Assembly (NCBI GenBank): GCA_964187785.1
Contig: OZ076409.1
Coordinates: forward strand, 58,034,001-58,098,000
Direction: 5' to 3'
From: Amphiscolops sp. MND2022
Lineage: Eukaryota
DNA: 64,000 nt
Made by a program: the position numbers and the translations under genes. Below, in pieces: positions 13,101 to 24,338 of the stretch. Under the pieces are notes generated by a model. It did not search any database. It worked only from the letters and a program-made list of their open reading frames with translations, and had not been told where the DNA came from. Each line of letters starts with the position of its first letter. The stretch's first letter is position 1.

Positions 13101-14062
13101 TAATATGAATTGGTGTTAAAACTGCTCCCGTGAATTCAAAAACATTTACGTTTAAATTATTCAAGTTTTCGAACTTGGGAATATCTTTAGTTTTCATGGG
13201 GAATTCTAAACCATTTAAAATGAGTTTGTTTGTGTGTTCTGAATAACATGATGTTCTTTTTTTTATGATCCTCAACGGGAAAAAGGTGTGCTAGGATGCA
13301 CCACAAAAAGCAAAATTGATCAGCATTTTTTATATTCATAATTGATTTATTAGTCTTATATTTTTCTGGCAACTCAACCCACGAAAAAGCTTGAATATCA
13401 TTAACTTTATAAATTTCTAATATAACATTGACAATACCATTTAACACAAAACCTGGTCCTCCTAATTGTTCATCATCTAATTTCTGCATTAATGAATTAT
13501 GAACATTTAGGTTTGTGCCGAAGGTGCTTTGTATGTGATTGTAATTAAAATCTGATTTACCCATTTGTGAAATACAGCTTCTTCTCCGTTGATGTATTTC
13601 GAAAACAGCTAAATAACTCAATTGGAACTCGTATCAGGGAAAGTAAATTTTATTTAGTAAATCATTAATCTGTTCTTCAAGATGATTTGTTGGATTTACT
13701 CTCAGTTTAATGTATGTTTTTTCATTCACAATTATTTCTACTCCATGTAGTGTATTACCAAATGTGTTTTTTGTAGCGTTGTTTTTACTTCTTAACGTGT
13801 GAATTTCACTTAGGAAATGTCTTGAATTACTTATGAATTTACCACAATCTTCACACCAAATTTGTGTAGCTTCGCGTTGTTGTTTGGTTTTGTTTTTATG
13901 TTCATCTGAATTTAGATGATTAGACTTGTCAGACAATGGCATAAATGTATTACATTTTTTACAATAATATTGATTTAATTTTTGTAAATGTTTTATTGAC
14001 TTTAGATGATCAGATTTGTAAGCTTTTTTATAATCAGAATTACAAATACTGCAGTTCTCCAT
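10200..14062 (-). pseudogene. Protein-primed family B DNA polymerase with N-terminal zinc fingers and endonuclease VII-like insert; multiple frameshifts
   Basis: Six fragments carry VYADFEC (exoI), VRDHDHLTGKYRGAAHNRC, FFHNFSGYD (exoII), YIDANNLYGWAMSQ, KLMNNAFFGKT and YMDTDS. CxxC...H...H repeats in 13634-14062. Confidence 0.95.
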
Positions 14063-14159
14063 TTATTTATAATAAATTTATGAATTTAATAGCAGTATAT
14101 TTTTCAATTATTAGTGTTAATTTTTATTTTATTTTTCATGTTAAAATTGAAGAAATTAA

Positions 14160-14821
14160 TTATAAAAAATTGTGTGGTTTAAGTGGTATTGTTGGTGGTG
14201 TGTGTGAAGCTACGTTGGCTGTCGCGTGTGAAGCTACTTGTGATTTTGTATGTGATTTTGTGTGTGAAGCTGCGTTAGCTGTCGCGCGCGAAGCTACCTG
14301 ATAATTTTCAAATTGAGTCACAAATCGGTGATATTCTTTTTCATCTATATGATTATCTTTTAGGCTAGTGACATAAAGTTGTCTAAAGTCGTCAAGAGTC
14401 TTCTGAATAATAGTGTACTTAAGTTTATAATTTTGCTCCTTTTTTTCAAATAACTGGAACAAATTTTAACAACTCGTGCAGTGATTGGAACAACTATAAT
14501 GCCCACACCAGTAATACTTAGTGAGATTGATGCTGAAGTTGTTCCAATCACTATAATGCCATCGAGGGAGTTAATCAGGTTTTTTATTAGCTTGTATTTG
14601 GTGTATTTTTTCTTAGATTTCTTTTCTTCCAATTCATAATACTTCATCATTAGACTAATGTTTTGAATAGAATTATTGAAGCTATTTACTTTTTGTAATT
14701 CGTTTTGCAACGCGCTTTGCAATCGCTTATTTATCATTGATTCTACATCATATGGTGCGGAGGGGGGAGCCGTTGGGGTCAGGGAGGGATAAAGTTTTTG
14801 TTTGAAAATATTATTAATCAT
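14160..14821 (-). pseudogene. Polinton membrane-associated coiled-coil protein, frameshift near 14465
   Basis: Two overlapping ORFs: basic coiled coil, hydrophobic IIVIGTTSASISLSITGVGIIVVPI, then SLKDNHIDEKEY. Confidence 0.6.
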
Positions 14822-15612
14822 ATAAAATGAAATTTAATTCCGTCGGTGTTAATTTCATTCTGTGTTTCATATCAACAAGGTCTTTATAGGAATCTTTTTT
14901 CAATGAATCCAGAATTGATTGTCTGGTAGAATATTCTAAATCAGACAGATAATATTCACCATCTGAAGAAGGTTTTGTTTTTCCATATTCTTCCTTTAAA
15001 TAAGATTCACTGAAAGTTAGATAGTTTGCAAAAGCTTGATCTTTATTGGGAAAAGAATCGAACAAACCTTTGTCATAAAGCGGTTGAATTATGTTGTTAG
15101 TTATAGTAATTTTTTTTTGATCTAGGATATTAAGAAGATTATTTATTTCATCTTCAGTTAAAATCATTCCAGCTCGACCCACCTGACTCATAAACTTTAA
15201 GTTAACATTTCAAAACTATTGTTGTGTATTAAATTTAGTACCTCATTTACTAATGCAGTTCTTTGTTCGGTGAAAGATTTTTTCATACTTTGTTCTAACT
15301 TACTTATGGTTTTTGAAAGGTCTGAAAACTGGGAATAAATATCATTCATTAACTTTGTGTTTAATAAAACATTTTGAACTTCCTGTGGGTCTAGTGTTTG
15401 GTGTCTAGCGTGTTCGCGTCTAGCATTTTTTCTTCTACTTGATTTTCTATGTCATTTTCAAAATCGCGTTGCAAATCTTCTTTTAATTTGGAATGGGTTA
15501 TTTGGGCTAATTTTTCTTGACTTTTTATCATATCTTTTAGCTCCTGATATTCCCTCAGTTTTAGCTGTTCACTAGAATAACCAAACTTATGAAGAGATGG
15601 AGTTTCATACAT
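14814..15612 (-). pseudogene. Polinton hypothetical protein(s), fragmented
   Basis: ORFs 15391-15612 (ATAAATG start) and 14814-15191 lie next to the right TIR. Confidence 0.45.
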
Positions 15613-15691
15613 TTATTAAGTCGAAAAAGTTTAAAAATACAAAACTCATAGACATGCCCACTTGAAAATTTTTGTTGGTTGGCCCGAATCG

Positions 15692-15917
15692 AAAAACCAT
15701 TGTTTTGTGATAACTGGCGTAAACTGCTTAAAATCAATGGTTTTGGCGTAGCTTCGCGGACTTTTAATTTTTGGGGATTTGCAGGGCTTCGCGGTGGCCC
15801 GAATCAAAAAACCACTGATTTTAATGATATGTTTTCTAAAAGTACTTAAAATCAATGGTTTTGAGGACTTTTTATTTTGGGGTTTTTGTGGCCCGTCTCG
15901 GGATTTCCCATACTACT
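15692..15917 (-). repeat. Polinton right terminal inverted repeat (~226 bp)
   Basis: Reverse complement of 1509-1735; ends ACTACT. Confidence 0.95.
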
Positions 15918-16111
15918 AGGAGCAGTCAACCAATTTGATAAATTCTTACCGAATTTTGCTGCAGTAACTTTTTCTTTTTGAACAATTTTGAAAAATGACG
16001 CAGACTGGATTGATTTGGAACCAAGATCTTGAAAAAGTGTTCTTGAAAATTAATGAAGAAATTAAGAAGGTGGTAGAACTGTCCCCTTTTAAAAGGAACC
16101 AAGAAATTAGA

Positions 16112-16443
16112 ACAAGACGCCCGCTAAGCACCGGGATTTTTTCCGCCCTGTTCGCTCGCTTCCACCAACTGAGCCAGAGCTATTTGGGAAAGGGGAATTG
16201 GATCTAAGGAATAAGGTCTAAAATTTAGTGATTTTAGGTCTTATTCCTTTTCTTGACTTTAGATAGATATTATTCCCGCTGCATGCTTTTTTAGTTACAT
16301 GACTATTTTAGTTACTAGTAGCTATATAAAATAGTCAAGTAATCAAAAGGTGGAGAGTGTGGAGATTTGGCAAAATTTGGAAAGAAAACGCGTCAGAGAT
16401 CACGATTTTCCCTCCCCCAATTTTTAAATGTGGGGTCGGAATA
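16112..16443. mobile_element. Short non-autonomous insertion, Helentron/HINE-like
   Basis: Interrupts Gypsy RNase H (QEIR|IICDAS) between two A residues with no TSD. Begins (A)ACAAG and ends with a CCCC...GGGG hairpin followed by ATAA. Confidence 0.6.
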
Positions 16444-18199
16444 AATTATTTGCGACGCTAGCAAACAAGGGTTAGGCGCAGTTCTACAACAAAGCCAGAA
16501 GAATGATGAATGGAAATCAATTTGTTTTGCGTAAAGATTTCCAACTGATTTTGAGGTAAAGTACTCTAATAAAGATATAGAAACATTAGCTATAGTTTGG
16601 GCCGTCGAGCTTTCCAAAAGTTATGTTCATGGTGTACAGTTTGAAACAGTTGATGTCACTATTAATGCCAAACAAGGGAAATGAAACGTTCTCCAGCCGG
16701 TTAACGAGATGGGTTTACATGTAAGCAGAAAAACAAGAGGTATGGCCGAAAACCTGTCAAGGCATCCCATTGTAACACAGGGAGCATCATTAAAGGCCGA
16801 GACACTGTGAAATGAATGGTTCATTGTAACTAGTATAAATAGTCTGAATGATGTTTCAGAGAACAATCAAGCAAAAAGCGAGCGAAAGTAATTGCGTCAA
16901 CCGCATAAATGAACCGAGAACGAAGCAGCCAACAAGAAGGCAGGACAAGCGCAGTGCGCTGGAAACACGTAAGAGTTATTGCAAAACTAACGCAGGTAAT
17001 CACACGATGAGTCTAAGTCCGTCAATACAACTGCTCAATTAATAACTCTTACCGGCAAATTACGTCGGCAAAAAGGTTATTCAAAAAGTGATCGGATTGA
17101 TAAACAAAATACAATGGAATGGGATCATTTCGATCGTTCTCGATAGATAGCAACGAGTTTTTATATATGGATAACCATTTGGTAATCCCGCAATCTATGA
17201 AATCGATGATATTGTGTTCGCTCCACTATGGTCATCCCGAGCTTGACGCCATGATATCTATGATTACGGACATATGGTGGCTCCGTATACATCGAGAAAT
17301 TATCGACCAGGCTCGATTACGCGAACAAAGCCTCCAGTCAGATAAGAAATTAAAATATATTTCGAACCAAAATCAAACGGGAAAATTACGGAAGCCAATG
17401 ACCAGATTGAAGAATGAGCGCTAGACTTTGCCGGTTCGTTTCAGAATGCGGAAATGGGAAAAAAGTATTTATTAGTGACCATTGACCATTTTTCAGACCC
17501 GACGCAAACGTTTTACTTGAACAACGAAAAAAAGTAATCGAGTTTTTAAAACAATATAATACGCAGTTTGGAGCCCTTGAAAACTACCAACTGACCCAAG
17601 TACGGTGTTCTTAAGCGAAGCATTCACGCAGTTTTCTAAGCAATTGGATTTGAGCAAGTGACATGTCAGAAAAAGAGCGATTCTGTCTGAGTCCACCAGT
17701 AATAGGGAATCGGGACAAAAGAAAAAGATGCAAAAGAGAAGGGAGGAAGAGAGCTGAACGCCTGAGCTTGCGTTTGATCTGGAACGTGAGCCACGCCCAT
17801 CGATAATAAAAAATTTCGTCAGTTATAACGGAAATTGGGAGCAAGCAAGTAGATCAGGCGGAACAAAAGTAAGGGACGGTGCCAGAAAGAAGGGAAGAGC
17901 AATTCCCCAAAATTGAGCAGAATTTGGGAAAACCACCAAGAGCTGAGAACAGCGCAGCGAAAGGACCAATCAGAGTCCTTAAAAGAAAGCGATGCCCTAC
18001 TAAACGGTACGGCATTGATGTGTAGAACGTGGAGGCGGAAGAAGGAGAAAAACCTGCAGAAGAAGTTCAGAAGCAAGGCAGTGATAAACTTTGAAACATT
18101 GTTGATTTTAAGTTAACCGTACTGTAAACTACATTTATTACACTTGTTACATGTACATTTATTAACTGAGTTCTGTCGTTACATACTTAAAAGGGGGAA

Positions 18200-18396
18200 T
18201 GTAGTAGTGGTACGAAGAAATGACGAATACTGTTTGTAAATACGTACTGGTACTTTGTCTAAATCTGTGACTCGTTTGAGTCTCACTTTGCGAAACCCTT
18301 TCAAAACAGACAGTCAAAAAATTCATACTAACATTCATCAATACACATTTCCACCTCAAATTGGTTTTACAAAAGTATTTGAGCTTCACGTCAACA
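18200..18396 (+). repeat. 3' LTR (197 bp, TG...CA) of the decayed Gypsy
   Basis: Preceded by polypurine tract AAAAGGGGGAA (18189-18199). Begins TGTAGT, ends TCAACA, followed by TSD GGCCT. Confidence 0.85.
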
Positions 18397-20604
18397 GGCC
18401 TAGAATACAACACCGGTTTATTTAACTCGCAAATCGAACTTCTCGCGCGAGTTATTTCGATCAATTCAACATGAATAAATTTATAACCGATGTTTGATTT
18501 TCATACTGATGCTAACGACTTGTGATTTAGGATCACTCAAAATTGTAGCCCTGGACGTCATACTTAAATTGATCTACAACCCAAAAAGTGAATATTAACG
18601 AAATCGTTGTTTAATTATTCAATTTCGATATCCGTTGAAAACTCTGCCGTTGAGAATTACGTTAATCTCCATCATTGACGTTTTTTGAAACTGTTGTATA
18701 ACCGTCCCGAGCCACCGCAAACTAGCAATACAGTTGATGCCGTACCAGGCCGCTACCTATTGGCTGTTTTGGACGCTGTTTGAATGCAGTGTTTTGGTTC
18801 AAAGAATAAATCCTTCAGGCAGCGTTCGACTAGTGCTTTCAAAGGGGTTAAAACCAATTTTTTTGTTTCCTAGTATAGGCAACTTAAGAGTTCCTTTTGG
18901 GACTGAGTTTTTGCTTGTGAAATTTTAGAGGTAATATCGTCTTTTAGAGATGTTCTAATCAAATCCATCTCAATTTTTCCAATCCCGGGACTTTGAGCCA
19001 CATGGGGCCGCTTTTACCTTATCGTGATCGCTTAGCCATACATTTTAAACATCAACGGGAAAATGTCTAACTCAAGTTACGTTTCTGTTTCATTTCCTTC
19101 CATTTATGGCTTCTTGCGGAAATTTTTACGAGGGAATATTCTTTCATTGAAATAAATGTGTTGATTTTGAGATTAAATAGGGTTACAACAACGGAACAAA
19201 TATGATTGATTGAAACATGATCACAATACATACTTACACCCTCCTAGATTATTCAAAAAATATGTTAGGTATCCACAAAAACCTGAAAAATTGGTAACAT
19301 CCGGGAAGTATTCGAGATAAATCCCAATCTTTGCACACTTGCGTCGTTCTTTCGAGAAACATTTTACGATACCGTTACACGATATACCGATTTACACGAT
19401 TCGCTCAAAATACATGATTCATTCCAGAAAACAGTATAAAAGTTATTCGGTGTTCGTTCGGACCCGGAATGAAACGAGCCTGACATTCTGGCGAGAAAAG
19501 GAATTGAAACAAGGGATCAAACATCTAGTTCTGTAGATCTTCTCAGGAAAGATATAACTGAAAAGCTAACTTAAAACTGACAATTTTCACACAACAATTA
19601 TGGGAAATTAGACCATAATCAACACTTCGCAATAAAATTAATAAGAAACTAAGGAACGGTTATCTGGTTAGTATCCTGTAATTATCCGACGAGTTTGCGC
19701 AGAATTATTAACCGACGAGTTAATTTTCCGCCTTTTAATTCCGATGAGTTGTTATCGGTGTTGCACTCGGGGAGTTGTTTTCGATGAGTTTTCCGCATAC
19801 CGTTTAATTGCAATTAATTAAACATTATATCCTCTACTTATTCGTTGTGGTACTTTTATAATCATGTTTGCGAGGCCCTTGAGCAATACTTCACGTTTTC
19901 AAATCGAAAAGTAAGACTTTAGTTACTCAAAATGTTTTCAATTTAGATTTTTTACATTAGCCAGAAGCATCTTAGAATGAGCTATCGTGAAAAGAACTAC
20001 TGGTAGAGCGCTTCTACTGTTTCAAAAAGTATCCAAATAATATCAATTAACATTAGGGTTTTACCGCATAGTTTATGATTGAATAGATAATGACGTGTCA
20101 CTGCAGTGTGGAAGTTTGTGTGAAAGTACTTGGTCGCAATTGGTTACTGTTTGAACATCTTTCGAACCAGTTAAAAACCACAGAAACCAAAAAAAATATC
20201 ACCATCTAAAATTATATATGATTATAAAGAATTATAATGGTAAAGGAGATTTTTAAACCCTATATAACTAGAATTATAGCTAATTATATTGATTATAGGT
20301 TAATTTTGTCTGCAATGAAAAAACTCAAAGGGCAAGGACACTAAAAACTCTGCTTATTCTATTAGCTAACCATCAAAAGTATTCAAACAATAAAACAGGG
20401 TGCCATTGACTTCGACAAAGCTCTAAATAGAAATAAAAATGATCACAGAATTGAGGAAAGACCATTTTACTGAGCTTCGAATAACTCTTTCCCCGTAGCG
20501 TGAAAAAAAATGGCATAGTTCAAGCAAAATCTTTCTTTGATCTGATTTATATCTTGTACTGAAACATTTCTAGTTGGTCTCATTTTGACCGAAGCAAGTT
20601 CAAT

Positions 20605-21387
20605 TCAATGATAGCTCAGAAACTCCAGAGCATGTTTCGTAATTCCAACAGCCAGAGCTCCGACATATAATACGAACATGACTCGGTCTATCAACTGCGA
20701 CAGCAACTTCCAACATTTGTATTCCTTCTCGGTCTGACATGTTTCTTCCTTGCACAAAGAGGATCCATCGTTCGATTTTTCCATTTGCTTCTCTGTTGGG
20801 TTGTCATGAACGTTATGATTAGATATTCCACCCTTTTGGCGTACATCATGTCGTTCATTCCTGCAGTTAGTCCTAGCGTTCGGGTTGCGCTGTTCTTCGG
20901 CATCCGTTTCCGGTCTCTCAGCCGGGACTTCCCATCCTCTTCTAGTCTCATGGACCGATCCGGCCATCATGGCATTTTGAATTTGAGGCAACACTTGACT
21001 ATTTATAGCCTCATTGATGGCCCTTTGGATCTGTGAACTAACATTATTAAGCATATCGTCCATCTCTCTCGAGATCCTAGAATTTAATTCGCTTGACAAC
21101 CTGTTTATCTCTGCAAGTGAGTTTGCTTCAGCTGAGTTTTGGCCCAAGTCGGCGCTTGTCCTGGGTTCATTGTTCCTACAATTAGAATATAGGCTTTCGT
21201 CCTCATTCTCTTGATTGTCGCTTGCAACACTATTCCTCCTCCTAGCTGAATTACTATCTAAACTCCTTTCTCTTTCAATCCCGTTAAAGTGATTGTTTCC
21301 TAGCATTATATCTAGGTTTTCAATATCCGAAAGGATCTCTAATCCTCTAGACTTTCTAGTCTTCTTCTGCTTTCTCGTTGTAGGCAT
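20605..21387 (-). other. Chimeric ORF: LTR-borne Gag N-terminus (195 aa) fused in frame to the host channel C-terminus with M4
   Basis: First 195 aa match Gag. Junction CAT GAC A|AC CCA reads HD-NPTEKQ...IDRVMFVLYVGALAVGITKH. Confidence 0.7.
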
Positions 21388-22727
21388 TGAGACTAAACCG
21401 GGTTGAAGAATTATATTAATCAGGACCGGAAAACAGTAATTGTTAACAGATTGTTATCAAGTTGATTGTGAGGAGCTTTTCGAAAATTGTGTCTACTCAA
21501 AGGAAGTAGCTCCTATATATACTCCCTTGGGTGGGAAAAGCATGGTAGTAACTTTAAAAAATGTCATAACTACATTCCTAAAGCACCTGATCAGATCATA
21601 TACGTTCAAACATCAAAGTGCCGCTGAATTGTAGTAGCAAGGTCACGCGGCCGTTTAAATTCCTGCTTTGATGGGATTGAGAGGCATTCAAATAGCACGC
21701 GTTACTTCAAACAACATCTACTATAATATTTGCACTGCTGGTATTTGGGGAATGTCAGCTATCCCGTGCCGGCACGTGCCCCAGTAGTAAGCTAAACAAA
21801 CTTACATCAAATAACGTTACATGCATAATACATCTACAAATTGCATGTGTTAATTGACAAATGAGACCGGACTGGTCTTTCGGGCAAGTATTTGAAGCAC
21901 CAACACACAACTGGTGTTAATCATATCAACCGATCTGGAGGACTACATAACTGTTTGTAACACACTCATTACTGTACATGTCATTTAGAATGCACAAAAC
22001 AATCATATTGACCATCTGAGTAATAAATTGAATGGGTGGCCTAAATCGGCCATTATCCGGATAGGTATAGCATCAGGGGAGGGAAATTAGGCAAATGGCC
22101 TTATTCGGCTAAGCATCAGGGGAAATGAAACAAAACACTAATTATCCAACGTGATCATTTAACAAACACAGAAACGTAATTAAGCTACTCATTAATACAG
22201 TATAGCAGCGTCCACATCATTATCTTTTCGTTAGCAACTTATGGCCGAAACCGGCCGTTTGACTCAAGTTCCGTTTAACAAAGGCGGAATTCAGTTATGT
22301 GGCCTTAACCGGCCATTAATTAAATACAGCACAAGTATTGTTCAAATGGATGAATGTGATTGGTTAGCACGACTGCAGTAAGTTATATCGCCGAGAAGGG
22401 ACGTTTTCGCACTTGAACACGTTTCCTTCTCGCGATTAACTTGCTCTCTTATTGTTTGCTATAGCATCAATACAACTTCGCAATTTAATTCAGCTATTAC
22501 AACAACGAACTGATTTGGCTAATCCCAAATCGTAATATTAACAGACTAATTTGAACATCCAATATAAGTGATCAAATAAAATAAATACAAACAAAATACA
22601 TGATGTAAACGGTTTCTAAAGTTTTAGCAGTTTTATTCTTAAAAAGTTGGCAGTGTTCCGGGTATGACTTCTTGGTTGTTGCTTGTTGTCGTAATCATAG
22701 TGCCGTCACAGGCGGCAGCCTGCGACA
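20802..22727 (-). repeat. 3' LTR (1926 bp)
   Basis: Direct repeat of 35295-37220. Minus strand TGTCGC...ATGACA. Confidence 0.97.
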
Positions 22728-23424
22728 CTGCGGGTGTAAGGAAAAGAAACGAACCTGCATTCAACCCGTTTTCGTAGGCTTCCCTTCTCAGCTTTGTTAT
22801 GAATTCTGGCTCATCTCTCGGTGTAGATCTGTCCATGTACCAATCCACTCGCTGTTTCTTGATCGCATCTACTGAGCGGCCACAGACCATACATCCGGTA
22901 TAACGTGTTTCGCTCACATTCTCGTACGGCTTCGTGTTTTGAATGTGATATGACGCCCTGAATGCAGAGTCAGCTACTACTAGCGGGGTATCCATAGACG
23001 GTCCTCTCTCGTGAGGGGGCGGTGATAGAGGTGACTCCACGACAGGAAGTAGAGTTTTGCAGAGCTCTATCCGAGATTTCCCTATCTTCCTCGGGGGAGC
23101 ATAACACATTTCTCTATCAAAATATTTGTGATCCAACTTCGGGGTCACGTCCATCTGCGTCTGCCTGGAACTTGGGCCAGCTTCTGTATCTTCTTCTTCT
23201 TCTTCGGGTAATTCTACAGTCATAATGCGGCCCCCTATTAGCATGGGGCTGGATATTACCTCTTTCTCGATCCTGGCCACCAGTTGTTCCGTATCAGTGG
23301 AATAGTCGGTTTCCCAATCCGAGGCTTCGCTCTCACTACTAGATATGTAGATGACAGATTCGTTAGATTCGTCAGAATCATAATCCATGTCGAATAATTT
23401 CCTTGCCAGGTTGTACTTGCTCAT
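22639..23424 (-). CDS. Accessory ORF (261 aa; acidic N-terminus, CxxC) ending inside the 3' LTR
   Basis: Intact ATG-initiated ORF. A homologous ORF crosses the LTR boundary of a divergent relic at 39294-39832. Confidence 0.75.
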   Translation of the reverse strand: MSKYNLARKLFDMDYDSDESNESVIYISSSESEASDWETDYSTDTEQLVARIEKEVISSPMLIGGRIMTVELPEEEEEDTEAGPSSRQTQMDVTPKLDHKYFDREMCYAPPRKIGKSRIELCKTLLPVVESPLSPPPHERGPSMDTPLVVADSAFRASYHIQNTKPYENVSETRYTGCMVCGRSVDAIKKQRVDWYMDRSTPRDEPEFITKLRREAYENGLNAGSFLFLTPAVSQAAACDGTMITTTSNNQEVIPGTLPTF

Positions 23425-24338
23425 AATGAGTTTTTTAGCTATTTTGAAGCTTGGGGAGGCAACTAGTCAGAATCAAAGTTTGAGAAAGAATGAATTCAAC
23501 AAATTTGAGAATTTAGCCGACTCGGGCCTTTTACCGACAATTCGTTTTTGGCGGTTGAATCTTCGGTAAATTACCCTAATCCGACATAAACATTCCTGAA
23601 TGGAATTTCATAATTAGTCGGCCACCTTTGATATACCGATGTTTACCCGTCATCAACACCATCAGCTTAAGAGGTGTGAACGACGCTTGAGCTGCTAGCC
23701 TCAATTCTCTCCATCTCAAGTGGGTAATTAACGGGTCGCTTGAAGGCTATTAACGACACGCGCCGTTAAATTCTTTCAACATGGCTTCAGCCAATCAGAG
23801 TTAAGCTCTGACAAAATGAAAAATTAAGTAATAAAATGGCGAAAATAATAAATCAAAATAATTCAAAATGGCGGAAATAACAATTTGAGTAACTATAATA
23901 ACGGAAGTCCTAATTAGGCTAACAAACAAAACGGAACGAGGTAATACAGTGAAATGGGGTAAACGGCCGTAATTGGCCAATAATTCCATGAGTTGTAAAT
24001 AATGAAATGATCTTAGTACATTTCGCTGGCAGACTCCATGTACAGAATAAATATGTAAATAATCCCATAATATTAGTCTGGTAATAATCTTCAGCCACGA
24101 ACTCCAATCCTTCAATTCTTTATTTTGAATTCCAATTCAATTCCTTTTATTTTAATTGCACTTTCTCTTCCATATTCATTCGATCGGTCTCCATCTACAA
24201 ACTACCCTTTCTGTCTCTAATCTCTCCCGTCAGTCATCTCTTCCGACTATCCCTGTTTCTCCCTTTAAGCCGGGTCCGGCCAATTTCCTTCGCGGCAGCA
24301 ACCCGATTGGAACACTTCCCTTTTAGTCTCAGCTCAGA

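Larger units (their letters stand above)
1509..15917. mobile_element. Polinton/Maverick (adintovirus-like endogenous virus), full length, 14409 bp, inactivated
   Basis: Termini AGTAGT...ACTACT, 6-bp TSD AGGAGC (1503-1508, 15918-15923), long TIRs, and pPolB, rve integrase, cysteine protease, ATPase and capsid ORFs. Confidence 0.97.
305..18396 (+). mobile_element. Decayed Ty3/Gypsy LTR retrotransposon (5' LTR almost fully deleted), host to the Polinton
   Basis: 5-bp TSD GGCCT at 300-304 and 18397-18401. 305-317 TGTAGTAGTGGTA matches the start of the 3' LTR at 18200. Pol remnants: RT VFVYIDD (~1277-1297), LRSFLGA|VNQF split by the Polinton, RNase H ICDASKQGLGAVL (~16448), integrase zinc-binding remnant LHYGHP...IWW (17119-17424). 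Many stops and frameshifts. Confidence 0.85.

Noticed and set aside
19630..19805. Cluster of CCGA(C/T)GAGTT repeats with ACGG...CCGT ends, possibly a MITE
   Set aside because: The terminal repeats match only briefly and no TSD could be established.
20802..22727. 1.9-kb duplication as an assembly artefact or segmental duplication
   Set aside because: TG...CA ends, a 5-bp TSD, a PBS and a few substitutions identify the copies as LTRs.
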